From Escherichia phage JacquesWildberger_Bas92, in sequence record PQ850610.1: a DNA stretch of 64,000 bases. One strand, given 5' to 3'. This document shows, one piece after another, positions 21,130 through 32,520 of the stretch. The position numbers and the translations under genes were made by a program. The notes under the pieces are model-generated. The model had not been told where the DNA came from and did not search any database. It was given only the letters and a program-made list of their open reading frames with translations. Position 1 is the stretch's first letter. Each line of letters starts with the position of its first letter.

Positions 21130-22098
21130 ATGGCTTTATTTGGAGGAGGGAATAGTAAAACTACTTCCCAAATGATTCGCCCTGAATACATTCAACAGTA
21201 TATTGACCAGCTTAACCAACTGATTGGTAATACTAGTTCAGGGGATTATGTTTATCGTGACAATGTAGGGTTTAATAATAACCAGATAGAAGCTCTTAAC
21301 AACTTAGCACAATCTGGTGCTCTAGGGACTCTCTCGCAGCAATATATGGATGCAGCAGGTCAAGGGTTAGGTTATCTGGATAATGCCTATAAAGGTTATC
21401 AGAGCCTTTCTGGACAAGGCGGAGTTACTGGAGAACAGATTGGTGCTCTTGCTGGTCAACTATATGATGACGATGCTGTGCAAGCAGCTATTACAGCTAA
21501 TAATGAACAAGTTCAACAAAACCTAGCACGTAATGCTCTTCCTCAGCTAGCTCAACAATATGCTGGTCAGCAGGGTTCAGGTGCTCGTATGGCTAAATCT
21601 TTTGCTCAAGGCGATGCTCTGAATCAGATGCAAGGACAAGCAACAGATATTACCAACAGTGCCTATAATTCGGCTATCAGTCAAGCTGAAAGCATTCTCT
21701 CTGGTAATAGACAGAATCAGGCAGCTGCTCTCTCAGGTCTTTCCAATATTGGTTCTAACCTTTCTAACTTAGGTCAGCAAGGTGCTAATTTGTCTCAACA
21801 GCAAATGTTGAATCAATGGAATGCAGGGTTGCAGCAACAACAGCAACAACAGAATGAATATGATAATGCCTACCAGAATGCCCAGAATGCAGCTAACTGG
21901 GGATGGCAGGATATCAATAACCAACTCGGTGCAGCAGGTGTACTTAACGGCGCTCTTGGACAAACTACAACTACCAAAACATCTGGTGGTGGCGGTGGTT
22001 TCTTAGGTGGAGCTATGAGTGGTGCAGCGGCAGGTTCTTCCTTTGGACCTTGGGGTGCATTGGCAGGGGGCGTAATCGGTGGGTTGGCTAGTAATTAA
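21130..22098 (+). CDS. Q/N-rich internal virion protein (paralog-like of previous)
   Basis: 322 aa; N-terminus MALFGGGNSKTTS parallels upstream gene; poly-Q stretch. Confidence 0.4.
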   Translation: MALFGGGNSKTTSQMIRPEYIQQYIDQLNQLIGNTSSGDYVYRDNVGFNNNQIEALNNLAQSGALGTLSQQYMDAAGQGLGYLDNAYKGYQSLSGQGGVTGEQIGALAGQLYDDDAVQAAITANNEQVQQNLARNALPQLAQQYAGQQGSGARMAKSFAQGDALNQMQGQATDITNSAYNSAISQAESILSGNRQNQAAALSGLSNIGSNLSNLGQQGANLSQQQMLNQWNAGLQQQQQQQNEYDNAYQNAQNAANWGWQDINNQLGAAGVLNGALGQTTTTKTSGGGGGFLGGAMSGAAAGSSFGPWGALAGGVIGGLASN

Positions 22099-22111
22099 TT
22101 AGGAGACAAGT

Positions 22112-23785
22112 ATGCAACAGACAACTTACGCTCAGGTCAGAAGTCGTGACCCGAGAAATACTTTCTATGGTGTTAATCCGGGAGCGGCTTCGGCCTCTCC
22201 TTATATGGCTAGACCTATTCAGACAGCAGATATTTCTATGTACCAACGTCCTGCTGTACCTGCTGGACTTTCTCGTCTTGTAGGTCAAACTTCAGTAGAT
22301 TATCAGAATATGCTGAACCCTGTTCAGAGTAATGGACTTCCTTCTGATATTCCTAATGACGTACAACCTCAAGCACAACAAGCTGTAACTCTTCCTGAGC
22401 CTGACAATAAAGAAACTGTGCAAGATGCCGGACCTTCTCCTTCTTCTGTTCCTCAAGAATCAGAGCCTCTTCCGGTGACGCCTCCTACTAAACCGCTAGA
22501 AGATGGCCCTATGGAGTTTACTCCTTCTCAAGTGGAACAGGCACAAGGTGTTGTTACTACTCTTGCTCAAGGTCAGGACACTGGAGACGGAATGGCTGGG
22601 GCTACTCGTATTAAAGATCAGGAACGTGTTAATAATGATATCATGCAAATTGCTAAAGCTAAAGACCCTTCCGAAGCTTGGAATAAACTACAGAAAGAAC
22701 CTTTCTATCAGAACTCTAGTTTCTACACAGGTTTGATGGGTGTAGGTCTTTCAATCATGTCAGGTAAATCTCCTATTGAAGCATTCCAAATTGGTCAGGG
22801 AATGGCTAATCAAGATGAGACTAAGAAGCAACTAGAAGCTAACCGTGATGCTCTGATTGAACAAGGTTTCTCTCAAGACTCAATTGCAGCTGCTATTGCT
22901 AACGGAGATCCATCTCTTCTGAAGATGAAATCTATAGACCCTGCTCAAAAAGAAGCGTGGTATGCTGAGCGTGAAAGACGTCAGAATGAGGAGTGGGATA
23001 GACGTCAAGCTATCAGTGAAGCTTCTGCTGAAAAAGGTCGTAAGGCTACTTTTGAAAACCAATTAGCTCTGGCTGAAGCTCGTGGTGAGATTACTCGTGA
23101 CAACCAGTTGTTCAAGAATGAACACAGTGTTCGTAAAACATCTCCTAAGTGGGAAAAATCAGAGGAGCTTGGTGGTATTACTCCTAATTTACGAGACAAG
23201 TTACAGCAATCTTATCGTCCTGTTATTAACGTCCTGTCTTCTCGAAACAAGTGGATGGCTCCTACAGAAGCTGCTATTGCTAAACTGGGAACTGGTACAA
23301 ACTCACAAGAGAGTGCAGCTCAGCAACGTGCTGCTATTGAGAACTTAACTAAACTTATTCAAGGTGGTTTAGCTTCTATTAATGGCGAAGTTATGAATGA
23401 GCTTACAGGCGATCCAGATTGGGTTAACAACAAGTTGAATAAGATTCAGATGATGGCAGGTCAAGGTCCGACCGAATCTAATATCAAGTGGCTTAAAGCA
23501 CTTGGTAAAGAGATTCAAGAAATTGATAAAGAGGCAACTAAGTATCAAGTAGCACCTCTAGTTGAATCTTTGATACTTGACAGCAAACTCTCTCCTGAGA
23601 ATGCTATCCGTGCTGCTAACTCTATCTTTGCTCCGGGTTCTGTTCGACTCACTACTGAAGAGTTTAAAGAATGGTCTCGTGGACATAGCAAAGTTCATGA
23701 TAAGACATTCCCTGATGACAAGCCTTCTAAATTGAAGGGTGGTGCTTTATCTGGTTCTTCAGATACTAGCTGGTTCACTGAGTAA
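22112..23785 (+). CDS. internal virion / ejection protein
   Basis: 557-aa ORF in structural operon, Pro/Ser-rich N-terminal region. Confidence 0.4.
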   Translation: MQQTTYAQVRSRDPRNTFYGVNPGAASASPYMARPIQTADISMYQRPAVPAGLSRLVGQTSVDYQNMLNPVQSNGLPSDIPNDVQPQAQQAVTLPEPDNKETVQDAGPSPSSVPQESEPLPVTPPTKPLEDGPMEFTPSQVEQAQGVVTTLAQGQDTGDGMAGATRIKDQERVNNDIMQIAKAKDPSEAWNKLQKEPFYQNSSFYTGLMGVGLSIMSGKSPIEAFQIGQGMANQDETKKQLEANRDALIEQGFSQDSIAAAIANGDPSLLKMKSIDPAQKEAWYAERERRQNEEWDRRQAISEASAEKGRKATFENQLALAEARGEITRDNQLFKNEHSVRKTSPKWEKSEELGGITPNLRDKLQQSYRPVINVLSSRNKWMAPTEAAIAKLGTGTNSQESAAQQRAAIENLTKLIQGGLASINGEVMNELTGDPDWVNNKLNKIQMMAGQGPTESNIKWLKALGKEIQEIDKEATKYQVAPLVESLILDSKLSPENAIRAANSIFAPGSVRLTTEEFKEWSRGHSKVHDKTFPDDKPSKLKGGALSGSSDTSWFTE

Positions 23786-23805
23786 GACCTAAGTCCTGCC
23801 TTCTA

Positions 23806-23814
23806 TAATGTATA
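23806..23814 (+). promoter_or_regulatory. TAATGTATA promoter-like element
   Basis: exact 9-mer 39 nt upstream of ATG 23853; SD aaggag between. Confidence 0.5.
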
Positions 23815-23852
23815 TAGGAGGTAGGACATTTTTATTTATAAAAGGAGACGTT

Positions 23853-26800
23853 ATGGCTAACATTAAACCGTGGGAAGAAGCTTCCAAAGCTCCTGCGTAT
23901 CTGAATGCCTCTCCAGAGCGTCAAGCTCAAATGAGAGAACAATATAAGGCAGCAGGTGGCTTTATTCCTGAGGAACAACCAGTAGCACAACCACAACAAG
24001 AAGAACGTGGTGTTATAGGTGAGTTTGCTCAAGGTGTGTCAAATGCTCTTCAGTCCGGCAGTGCTAATATCTCTGCTAACCTTTCTAGAGGTATTGGCGG
24101 TTTAGTTGAGATTGGTGAAGACCTAGTTGGAGCACAAACCGGCTATGGTAAACGTATGCAAGAGAACGCCCAGAATCTTCTTAAAGAACGTATGGATAAG
24201 ATCGAGGATGGGATTGGTAAGACAGCTGGGCAGTATGCTGGGGTGGTTGCTGATGTAGGTTTGACGGTTGCTAACCCAGCTTTGGCTGCTGCTGTCATTG
24301 CTGGACGTGAAGCAGGTCGTGCTTATGCTGACCAAACCCCAGAAGAGGGGGAAGACAAGTCAGTGTTAGATGCTGCTCTTGTTGGTGGTGCTAACTTTGT
24401 AGCTCAGAAGATTCTTCCGGGTGCCGTTGGTACAGCTGAATCCACACTTGGTCGTATCGGTCAGAACGTTGCTAGTAACGCAGTGGCTGGTGCTAAGGGT
24501 GGTGCTATTGTTGGTGCTGCTGAAGCTCAAAACAAATATGGGGATGATAACAATCTAGCTAGGACATTAGAAGGTGTTATCGAAGAAGGGGGCATAGGTG
24601 CTGCATTCGGTGGTGCAGTTGGTGGTGTTCATGGTTTGATTAGCCGTCCGGATTCTGCTGTCTTCAAGAATACTCCAGAATATGCAAAGACTGACATTGC
24701 TGCTGACGATGAGCTGATTCGTAGTGCTAAGACTGTTGATGAACTGAAAGAAGCCTACTCTAAAGCTGAAACTGCTAACGCCGCTTCCGCTCTTAATCTT
24801 CTGGATGAGAATGGATTCCGTATTACTGATGCTGTTGCTTTAGATTCTCCTGCTGCTCAGCGTATTCTTAATACAGACCAAGCCAGTGCTGAGAAAGCTG
24901 CTTCTGCTCAGAAAGAGCATTCTAACATTCCGGGCCTCAATCCTTTGGCTCCTCCTGCTAAGACTCGTGGTAAAGCATTCGCTGATAACGAGCACAACCA
25001 GAAGAAAGCTGTCGCTATGAAAGATGCAATGGCTGACTACACCAAGGATAACACGAAAGCTCTTACAGATGTTCTAGATAACCTAGACCGTGAATTAACT
25101 GCTTACCGAGCTGCTGATGATTTTACTGGCAATCCACTTGATGTCAAGAATCGCACACAAGCTGACCGTGACTTCGTTGATGCTTATAAGACTTTCTATA
25201 ATGAAGCAAATCGATTCAAAGCTCGTGATGGTGAAGACTTTAACAACTTTGTAGAGAAAGCTACTGAGCTACGGAAGATGGCTGATAACGTTTCTCCAGA
25301 GATGAAGAAAGCTATTAGTGGGTTGAAGAAACTGAAAGGTATGCCTGAAGGTTTTAACCCTATTCAAGATGCTTATACTCTGAACAATGCAGCTAAGTTC
25401 ATGAGCAACCAAGACCGTGGTTGGACTTCCCTGACCGATGATGGATTCCGTGAGGCTTCTTCTCCTAGTCTGGTTATGAACACACTCGGTGCTGCTAAGT
25501 ATGCTCTGAATCGCTTCTCTTCTCAGCGTGCTCGCTCTCAACGTGTTAAGCAACAAGAAGCTAACAGCGAAGCTATCCGCTCTCTGGCTCGTGGTGATTT
25601 GGAAGTTGCTCGTGCTAAATCTACTGCTGATGAAGCTCGTGCTAAAATGGAAGAAGAACCAGTTGTTGATGACATTAAATTTAAGACGCAAAATGACGTG
25701 GAAACCGAACCGGTTCGGGAGCCTTCTTCTAGTACTGTGACGGAAGAAAATCTTCCTTCTTCCACTCCTCAAGAAGCCCCTCTTACAGCTCGCGATTTAG
25801 TTGCTCAAAGACGTGCAGTTAAGCAGGCAGAACAGCGTCGTGCTCAAGAAGAGGCCGCACAGGCTCCAGAACCCACTGTAGAGGAACCAACAGTCAAAGC
25901 CGAGCCATTACCTGCCCGTGCTCCTAAAGCTCCTAAGGAGTCTATACAGGACGTTAAACCGGCAAGTGGTGTAGAACGTTTAGCTGCCATGTCTAGTGCT
26001 GCTCGTCAGGCTACTATAGATCGTGCAGAACGTTTTGCTCGTTCTCTGTACTCTCAGACTGCTAAGGCTAAGGCCACTGCTGAAAACTTCTTGGCTTACA
26101 AGGGAAGTTATAGGGAGTTGATGCGTCGGATTCGTCAGGAAGATAATGCTATCAACACTGAGCGTCATGAAGAGATGGCTCGTAATCAGCTAGCTTCTCA
26201 GCAAGGTATTGCTACTGCTAAGAACAACACTGTACGAACTAACTTTGCTGAATGGGTTAAGGAACGTGGTCTGCCAGAAGACATTGCTACTAAGGCATTA
26301 CGTGCTGAAGAGAAGGGTTTAGATGGGAACGTGACTAACTTAGATAGTCTGAAACGTCGTGCTGAAAGGTTGTATCAGAAGCAGCGTGAGGACGAGTTTG
26401 ATAGACTGTATCAACAGGCTCTGGAAGAGAATAAAGCTTTTGATAAGAAGAATGCTCCTAAACTGGCTGACCAGAAGAAAGAGCTTCAATCTGAGATTGA
26501 CACTTTGATTGATTCAGAACCTTTACGTCCTGCTCAGAAAGATGCTATGCGTAAACTAATGAATGACTTTGTAGATGAGAAGTTTAAATCTTCAGAGAAG
26601 GCTGGTAGGGAAGAAGCTTTGGAAGTAGGTCAGATGAAGGATATTTGGGATGGGTTTATTAACACCTATAACAGAGAAGTGAATGCCTTCAACAAAGCTA
26701 ACAAGAACTCTCAGTATGAGGCTGCTGCTAAACACTTGCAGGCTCGTGAGGAGCGTCTTATCTCTTTACGTAACAGAGCAGAAGCTCGTGCTCAAGCGAA

Positions 26801-28160
26801 AGCTACAGCAGAAGCTGAACGTCAGTTACTCGAAGCTATTGCTGGTCAGAAGACTGAGATAGAGAAGATGTTTGATGAGTTACCTAAACCTGTCCGCGAG
26901 GCTCAGGAAAGCCGTACTCTGAAACAGCTTGCAGCTCACCATGATAAGAACTCCCCTGTTCCTCCAGAACGTTTCCGTAGTATTATCGAACGTATCCACA
27001 ACGCCGAGTCAGATTACCTTGATCGTCAGCGTCGTTTAACTGATGCAGAAGAAGATGCTCGTCAGGCTAAGTGGAACAAAATGTATGAGCAAGCGGAAGA
27101 GATGGACCGTAAGTTTGAGATAGACAAAAGGGTTAAGCGCAGTGAAGAGCTTAAAGCGGCTCAGAAGCGTGAGAATGACCTTATGGCGGTACAACGTCAA
27201 CGTGACGACATCCATCGTCGCCTGATGCATACTTTGGAGGATAGGGGAATATCTAAAGAGGATGCTGAAGCATTTGCTGGTTCCTACATGGATAACCGTT
27301 ATGCACTTCTTGATAAGCCTATGACTCCTACTGAACATCAGAATGCTCGTTCTCGTATTGAGGCTGATGTTGAGAAGTTTGCTAAGAAGTACGAATCAAT
27401 GACTCCTATTGAGAAAGAGATTGTTAAGGTTACTGGAGATACTGAAGGTAAGCTTGATAACTTGGATGCGGATACTAGGAAGGCTATTGAGGAGGCTCAG
27501 AAGGTAGACTCTGATATTAAGAAACTGCAAGAGGAAGAGATGGAGATGGAGAAGATTCGTTCTGCTCTGCCTGATGATGAAAGATCTCAAGCAAATTCTG
27601 ATATCTTGGAAAGCATTAAACAGCAGGAAGAAGCCTTTGCTGATAAAGCAGAGAAAGCTTTCTTGAATGGGAAGAGCTTGGATGAGTTGGCTAGTGTGGC
27701 TGAAGTTTTAGACAGGGTTCATGGTGCAGACAAGGCTGGTAACAACCGTCGCTTTGTACGTGCATTGCAGACTGCTGCTGAAAACAAGAAGAAGTATGGT
27801 GATAATCCGGTAGCTTGGTTTAGTGCTGATGATTATTCTGCTATTGCTAAACTTGGTGCTTCTTCCGCAGGTGGTAACAAATCTAGAGCACTGGAGAAAA
27901 TCTTTGGTTCTACAGCTGAACAGGCTAAGAGTAAGTTGCTTGGCAGGGATGATGTAGCGAAGATGAGACGTGTAATTGAAGAGAACCCTGATATTAAGAT
28001 TCCTTCTTACAAGACAACGAATCGTACTGAGTACTTGCAGTTCTTGGAGAAGTTTAATGACGAAGGGAAGCCGAAGATTAAACGTGGCTCATTGTCAGAG
28101 AAGCTTGAACGCAGTAAGCGTCAATCGAGACTCCGTGTAAGAGTTCGATCTAAGGAGTGA
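23853..28160 (+). CDS. giant coiled-coil virion protein (1435 aa; start corrected)
   Basis: track start 23808 is an ATG inside the promoter-like element; ATG 23853 has SD aaggagacgtt; E/K/R/A-rich predicted coiled coil over most of length. Confidence 0.55.
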   Translation: MANIKPWEEASKAPAYLNASPERQAQMREQYKAAGGFIPEEQPVAQPQQEERGVIGEFAQGVSNALQSGSANISANLSRGIGGLVEIGEDLVGAQTGYGKRMQENAQNLLKERMDKIEDGIGKTAGQYAGVVADVGLTVANPALAAAVIAGREAGRAYADQTPEEGEDKSVLDAALVGGANFVAQKILPGAVGTAESTLGRIGQNVASNAVAGAKGGAIVGAAEAQNKYGDDNNLARTLEGVIEEGGIGAAFGGAVGGVHGLISRPDSAVFKNTPEYAKTDIAADDELIRSAKTVDELKEAYSKAETANAASALNLLDENGFRITDAVALDSPAAQRILNTDQASAEKAASAQKEHSNIPGLNPLAPPAKTRGKAFADNEHNQKKAVAMKDAMADYTKDNTKALTDVLDNLDRELTAYRAADDFTGNPLDVKNRTQADRDFVDAYKTFYNEANRFKARDGEDFNNFVEKATELRKMADNVSPEMKKAISGLKKLKGMPEGFNPIQDAYTLNNAAKFMSNQDRGWTSLTDDGFREASSPSLVMNTLGAAKYALNRFSSQRARSQRVKQQEANSEAIRSLARGDLEVARAKSTADEARAKMEEEPVVDDIKFKTQNDVETEPVREPSSSTVTEENLPSSTPQEAPLTARDLVAQRRAVKQAEQRRAQEEAAQAPEPTVEEPTVKAEPLPARAPKAPKESIQDVKPASGVERLAAMSSAARQATIDRAERFARSLYSQTAKAKATAENFLAYKGSYRELMRRIRQEDNAINTERHEEMARNQLASQQGIATAKNNTVRTNFAEWVKERGLPEDIATKALRAEEKGLDGNVTNLDSLKRRAERLYQKQREDEFDRLYQQALEENKAFDKKNAPKLADQKKELQSEIDTLIDSEPLRPAQKDAMRKLMNDFVDEKFKSSEKAGREEALEVGQMKDIWDGFINTYNREVNAFNKANKNSQYEAAAKHLQAREERLISLRNRAEARAQAKATAEAERQLLEAIAGQKTEIEKMFDELPKPVREAQESRTLKQLAAHHDKNSPVPPERFRSIIERIHNAESDYLDRQRRLTDAEEDARQAKWNKMYEQAEEMDRKFEIDKRVKRSEELKAAQKRENDLMAVQRQRDDIHRRLMHTLEDRGISKEDAEAFAGSYMDNRYALLDKPMTPTEHQNARSRIEADVEKFAKKYESMTPIEKEIVKVTGDTEGKLDNLDADTRKAIEEAQKVDSDIKKLQEEEMEMEKIRSALPDDERSQANSDILESIKQQEEAFADKAEKAFLNGKSLDELASVAEVLDRVHGADKAGNNRRFVRALQTAAENKKKYGDNPVAWFSADDYSAIAKLGASSAGGNKSRALEKIFGSTAEQAKSKLLGRDDVAKMRRVIEENPDIKIPSYKTTNRTEYLQFLEKFNDEGKPKIKRGSLSEKLERSKRQSRLRVRVRSKE

Positions 28161-28169
28161 TAAAAGAAA

Positions 28170-28204
28170 AGCCCTCAACCGAAAGGAAGAGGGCTTTATT
28201 GTTT
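28170..28204. terminator. bidirectional terminator at convergence of + and - modules
   Basis: GCCCTC-(12-nt loop)-GAGGGC hairpin flanked by A-run upstream and tttattgttt downstream. Confidence 0.5.
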
Positions 28205-28366
28205 CTAGAGGTTATTGATGAAATTAATCAGACGTTCTTCACTATCATCAAAAGCTTTTCCAGCTGCTTCCATGTCCCAAGTATTGGCATTGTCAATAAA
28301 GCTCTGAGCTTCTAATAGATCGTGGATTAAGTCGAAGAGTTTATTTTTATCTGATTGTGTGATCAT
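28205..28366 (-). CDS. small hypothetical protein (53 aa)
   Basis: ORF with SD aggaa 7 nt upstream; below track size cutoff. Confidence 0.3.
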   Translation of the reverse strand: MITQSDKNKLFDLIHDLLEAQSFIDNANTWDMEAAGKAFDDSEERLINFINNL

Positions 28367-28374
28367 GTAAGTTC

Positions 28375-28605
28375 CTAGATTAAATCGTAATATTGAATAA
28401 TGTCAGAGAGTTTGAACTCTCGAATCTCGTCTTTCTCTACATCTATCGCTGTCATAATCCAACAAGGTTTGCCACAGTTATGAAAACGGGAGCTAGCAAC
28501 GGAGGTTCGGAGTGGAATAACGGACCGGTCAGCAACCTCGCCTCTCCAATTGCGATAGCGAAAGCGAAGCACTTGTTGCGTAGATTTTTGATCATCACTC
28601 ATTTC
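28375..28605 (-). CDS. hypothetical protein (start at internal Met MSDDQK)
   Basis: track ORF 28375..28743 overlaps HNH gene in another frame; shorter version abuts HNH stop. Confidence 0.3.
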   Translation of the reverse strand, partial: EMSDDQKSTQQVLRFRYRNWRGEVADRSVIPLRTSVASSRFHNCGKPCWIMTAIDVEKDEIREFKLSDIIQYYDLI

Positions 28606-28996
28606 CTTTTTTGAATTGTTTTCTTGCATCATTCTCTTCTTTTGTTTTAATCTTATGACAAGGATCTTTACACAGAACCTGAAAACCTTCTTTCTCACAC
28701 AGAGCACGAGAGATGATTTCATCCCAAGTAGCTTCATGGTCAAGAGGTACTATAGGCTCTATGTGGTCAATAGCCATATCCTTTACAGGGTGGTCAGAAC
28801 CACACATGGCACACCTAAAGTGCATTGCCAGTCTACCTGTCTTTGGATTAATCTTCTGCTCTGTCTTGGCTTCTGCTAGTGCATCGAACATGGGCTTCCA
28901 CTTTCTAGTCAGAGAACGAATCCCTGACTTAATGAAAGAGTTGTAACGAGCTTCAGTCCAAGTTCCACTACAGCGTGTCTTCTCAGACTTCGCCAT
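28595..28996 (-). CDS. HNH endonuclease
   Basis: CxxC...DHxxP...LCxxCH motifs (CAMCGSDHPVKDMAIDHIEP ... CKDPCHKIK). Confidence 0.65.
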   Translation of the reverse strand: MAKSEKTRCSGTWTEARYNSFIKSGIRSLTRKWKPMFDALAEAKTEQKINPKTGRLAMHFRCAMCGSDHPVKDMAIDHIEPIVPLDHEATWDEIISRALCEKEGFQVLCKDPCHKIKTKEENDARKQFKKGNE

Positions 28997-29162
28997 AATC
29001 AGCTTCTTCCCAAACTCGTTTGTTTACACGATGACTCACTTTGCCCTCACGAGGAATACGACCTGTCCGCTGATCAAACAGTTGATGTTTAATCTTTTGA
29101 TCTTTACGAGATTCACGATTGGAGGAGTTTTCATCATATGAACGATAATCAAATTTACCCAT
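28983..29162 (-). CDS. small basic protein (59 aa)
   Basis: ORF MGKFDYRSYDENSSNRESRKDQ...; stop overlaps HNH start. Confidence 0.3.
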   Translation of the reverse strand: MGKFDYRSYDENSSNRESRKDQKIKHQLFDQRTGRIPREGKVSHRVNKRVWEEADYGEV

Positions 29163-29175
29163 TATAATATCCTTA

Positions 29176-29994
29176 TTACCAAGATTTATCTAACCATGTC
29201 CAGTCGAACAGGTCTTCCGGAGCCTGACCAACAAAGAGAAGCCGAGCATTCTCAAGCATTTTCTCTTCATCTTCAGTATCGAACTTCTTATAATATTCCA
29301 TTCGTACTATATGATACATGGTCCACTTATCTGTAACCCCAGCCAACAACTTAGCTGCTGCTTTCTTCCCTATCCCTTGACGTCGAAGCTGGAGCTTACC
29401 GCCCCACATCACTTCTTTACGTTCACCACATCCGGGAATATTATCTGTTCCATCTCCAATCAGCATCTGATAGAAGAAATTTTGCCATGAAACTAAATCA
29501 GATACGTAGTGAGGAGGAACCTCTTTTTGTCTTTCTCCACAAGCCCAACGGTAATGCCATCCGGGAGTTATTAACAAATCTTTGTCTCTAGTACAGATGA
29601 TAGTGTTCTTATCTCTACGTTGCCTTTCAGCTAGTGCATCATCAGCCTCTCTCCCAAATACATCTATGTATTCATACTTACCTTTAATATAATCACCGAC
29701 ATTTTGCCAGTGAAAAGGTCTTTCTCCGGGAGGTCTGTTTGCTTTGTAGTCTTGCTGCTTAGCAACATCGAAACGGAAGTTACCGCCTTCGCTGAAGTAG
29801 AACACAACCTTGCTGCAACCTGAGCGAGCAATGATAGTATCTATCTTGTACTGAAGTCGTTCAATCATGAAATTATAATCAACTGGAACACGTCCTGTGT
29901 CAAGAAAGGGATGCTCCTGAGTAAGAGCACCCACTTCATATCGAAGAACGTCAGCATCCACTATAGCTATTTCAGGGAGCTTAACGTCTTCCAT
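29176..29994 (-). CDS. 5'-3' exonuclease / flap endonuclease (FEN)
   Basis: GDGTDNIPGCGERK...GIGKKAAAKLL matches FEN/PolI 5'-exo helix-hairpin-helix region; acidic motifs upstream. Confidence 0.8.
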   Translation of the reverse strand: MEDVKLPEIAIVDADVLRYEVGALTQEHPFLDTGRVPVDYNFMIERLQYKIDTIIARSGCSKVVFYFSEGGNFRFDVAKQQDYKANRPPGERPFHWQNVGDYIKGKYEYIDVFGREADDALAERQRRDKNTIICTRDKDLLITPGWHYRWACGERQKEVPPHYVSDLVSWQNFFYQMLIGDGTDNIPGCGERKEVMWGGKLQLRRQGIGKKAAAKLLAGVTDKWTMYHIVRMEYYKKFDTEDEEKMLENARLLFVGQAPEDLFDWTWLDKSW

Positions 29995-29995
29995 A

Positions 29996-31166
<1,171 letters not shown>

Positions 31167-31418
31167 AATGCATCTCTTTATAAATAGTTTCCGTGTTCTT
31201 CTTCCAGTTAGATAAACCGGTAAGAACCCTCTGAGCAACTTCATCAGCTGCCTTACTTCTTTCAATCTCTAACTCTTGTTGATGCTTTTCTTTATCCAGA
31301 TTGTTACTATCTGTTCTGTACTCATTAAACTTCATTCCGCCAAAGAACACCAGAGCAGAGAAGATAACAAATCCTAGATTATCACTTAAAGTGCTTTGCA
31401 TATTGACCCCAACGAAAA

Positions 31419-31446
31419 AAGCCACCCGAAGGTGGCTAAGCTATAA
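31419..31446 (-). terminator. rho-independent terminator after SSB-like gene
   Basis: on - strand GCCACC-ttcg-GGTGGC followed by ttttttcg. Confidence 0.6.
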
Positions 31447-31458
31447 CAAGGAGAGTTA

Positions 31459-32205
31459 TTAGAATGGGCTGTCGTTGTCGTCTTCGTAGGTAGAAGCAGG
31501 CTCTTTATCAATCGTAGGGATTGAAGGGGTAGCTTCTTTCTGTTCTGTTTCAGAAGCACGAGTAATTTCACGACCAGCCAGAGGAATGTTCTTAGCGTCA
31601 TTAGCTTGAGTAAGCAGGTTGCGCTGGAACGGGAACATCAGTTGATAAGATGCTACGTTCTCATCGGTTTCCGCATACGGTTCGAAGAATACCAGAGGAC
31701 TACGAGCTTCACCAACTGCTGCACGATATTTGGTTGGGATTGGAGAAATGGTTTTGATGGAGTTTTTAACTTCACCAGCTTTGTTAGTGTAGGAGTTAAC
31801 CAGAATGTTAACAGGCTGACCTAACAGCACATCCTTAAACCAAGACAGATCACCTTTCAGTGCTTGAATGCTTGGGTCAATCATCTTGCAAAGATCAAGG
31901 ATACCAGAGTTCTTAGCTCGTGGGTTTACATCATAACTCTTGAACTGGCAAGCAGGACGTGGTTCTAATGCCTTACCATCGGAATCTTTACCCGTAGCAT
32001 CAACACCAATCAGCTCGAAAGCCAAATCCATACGGAAAGCTGGATTCTTAGGAGTTACTGCTTTGGTCTTCGGGTCAATCCAAGGGTCACGATTGTGAAC
32101 ACCCAAACCTACTACACGAACAATACGTGCTTCGTATTCACCATCAGGGATTACATCGTAGTTGGATTTACGAGAAGAAGTTGCGATAGTTGGAATCATA
32201 GACAT
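31459..32205 (-). CDS. single-stranded DNA-binding protein-like
   Basis: 248 aa; disordered C-terminal tail ending in acidic tip EDDNDSPF (SSB-type C-terminal motif). Confidence 0.5.
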   Translation of the reverse strand: MSMIPTIATSSRKSNYDVIPDGEYEARIVRVVGLGVHNRDPWIDPKTKAVTPKNPAFRMDLAFELIGVDATGKDSDGKALEPRPACQFKSYDVNPRAKNSGILDLCKMIDPSIQALKGDLSWFKDVLLGQPVNILVNSYTNKAGEVKNSIKTISPIPTKYRAAVGEARSPLVFFEPYAETDENVASYQLMFPFQRNLLTQANDAKNIPLAGREITRASETEQKEATPSIPTIDKEPASTYEDDNDSPF

Positions 32206-32264
32206 ATTTTAATTTCCTTATTTAATTTGAAAGATTGTTGCTCTCTTTGAGCGGTTATGTATAG

Positions 32265-32273
32265 TATACATTA
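32265..32273 (-). promoter_or_regulatory. TAATGTATA promoter-like element upstream of SSB-like operon
   Basis: exact 9-mer on - strand ~60 nt upstream of ATG 32205. Confidence 0.5.
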
Positions 32274-32336
32274 CGCTTATACCGATAAGAGTACTATATA
32301 ATATAAGTATCTTTGGTAGTAGATATAACACACTAG

Positions 32337-32345
32337 TAATGTATA
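32337..32345 (+). promoter_or_regulatory. orphan TAATGTATA element facing a ~280-nt non-coding stretch
   Basis: exact 9-mer on + strand; no + strand ORF downstream. Confidence 0.35.
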
Positions 32346-32389
32346 TATTGTATAGCTGATAAAGTTATTGCAGGCTTGTATATTGGGCA

Positions 32390-32520
32390 ATTCATAGAAT
32401 CCCTTGCAAGTACCGAAGGGCAGGAGCCACCTGCGAGATAAAAATAGAGAATTAAGGAATCCTTGATTTAGGTTGTAGGGACTCCTAGGGACTTTGATTC
32501 TCTATTTAAAAGAATAAATA
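32390..32520. repeat. repeat-rich non-coding region (origin/regulatory candidate)
   Basis: direct repeats tagggact x2 (32476, 32486), gaatcc(c)ttg x2, 11-bp inverted repeat aaatagagaat/attctctattt flanking them. Confidence 0.35.

Noticed and set aside
23808-23852. Automated start of the 1450-aa ORF at ATG 23808
   Set aside because: That ATG lies inside the TAATGTATA promoter-like element with no SD; ATG 23853 has a good SD, so the upstream extension is probably untranslated.
28393-28946. + strand ORFs (73, 87, 77 aa) opposite the HNH gene
   Set aside because: Antisense to a motif-bearing HNH gene, downstream of the + strand terminator; no SD.
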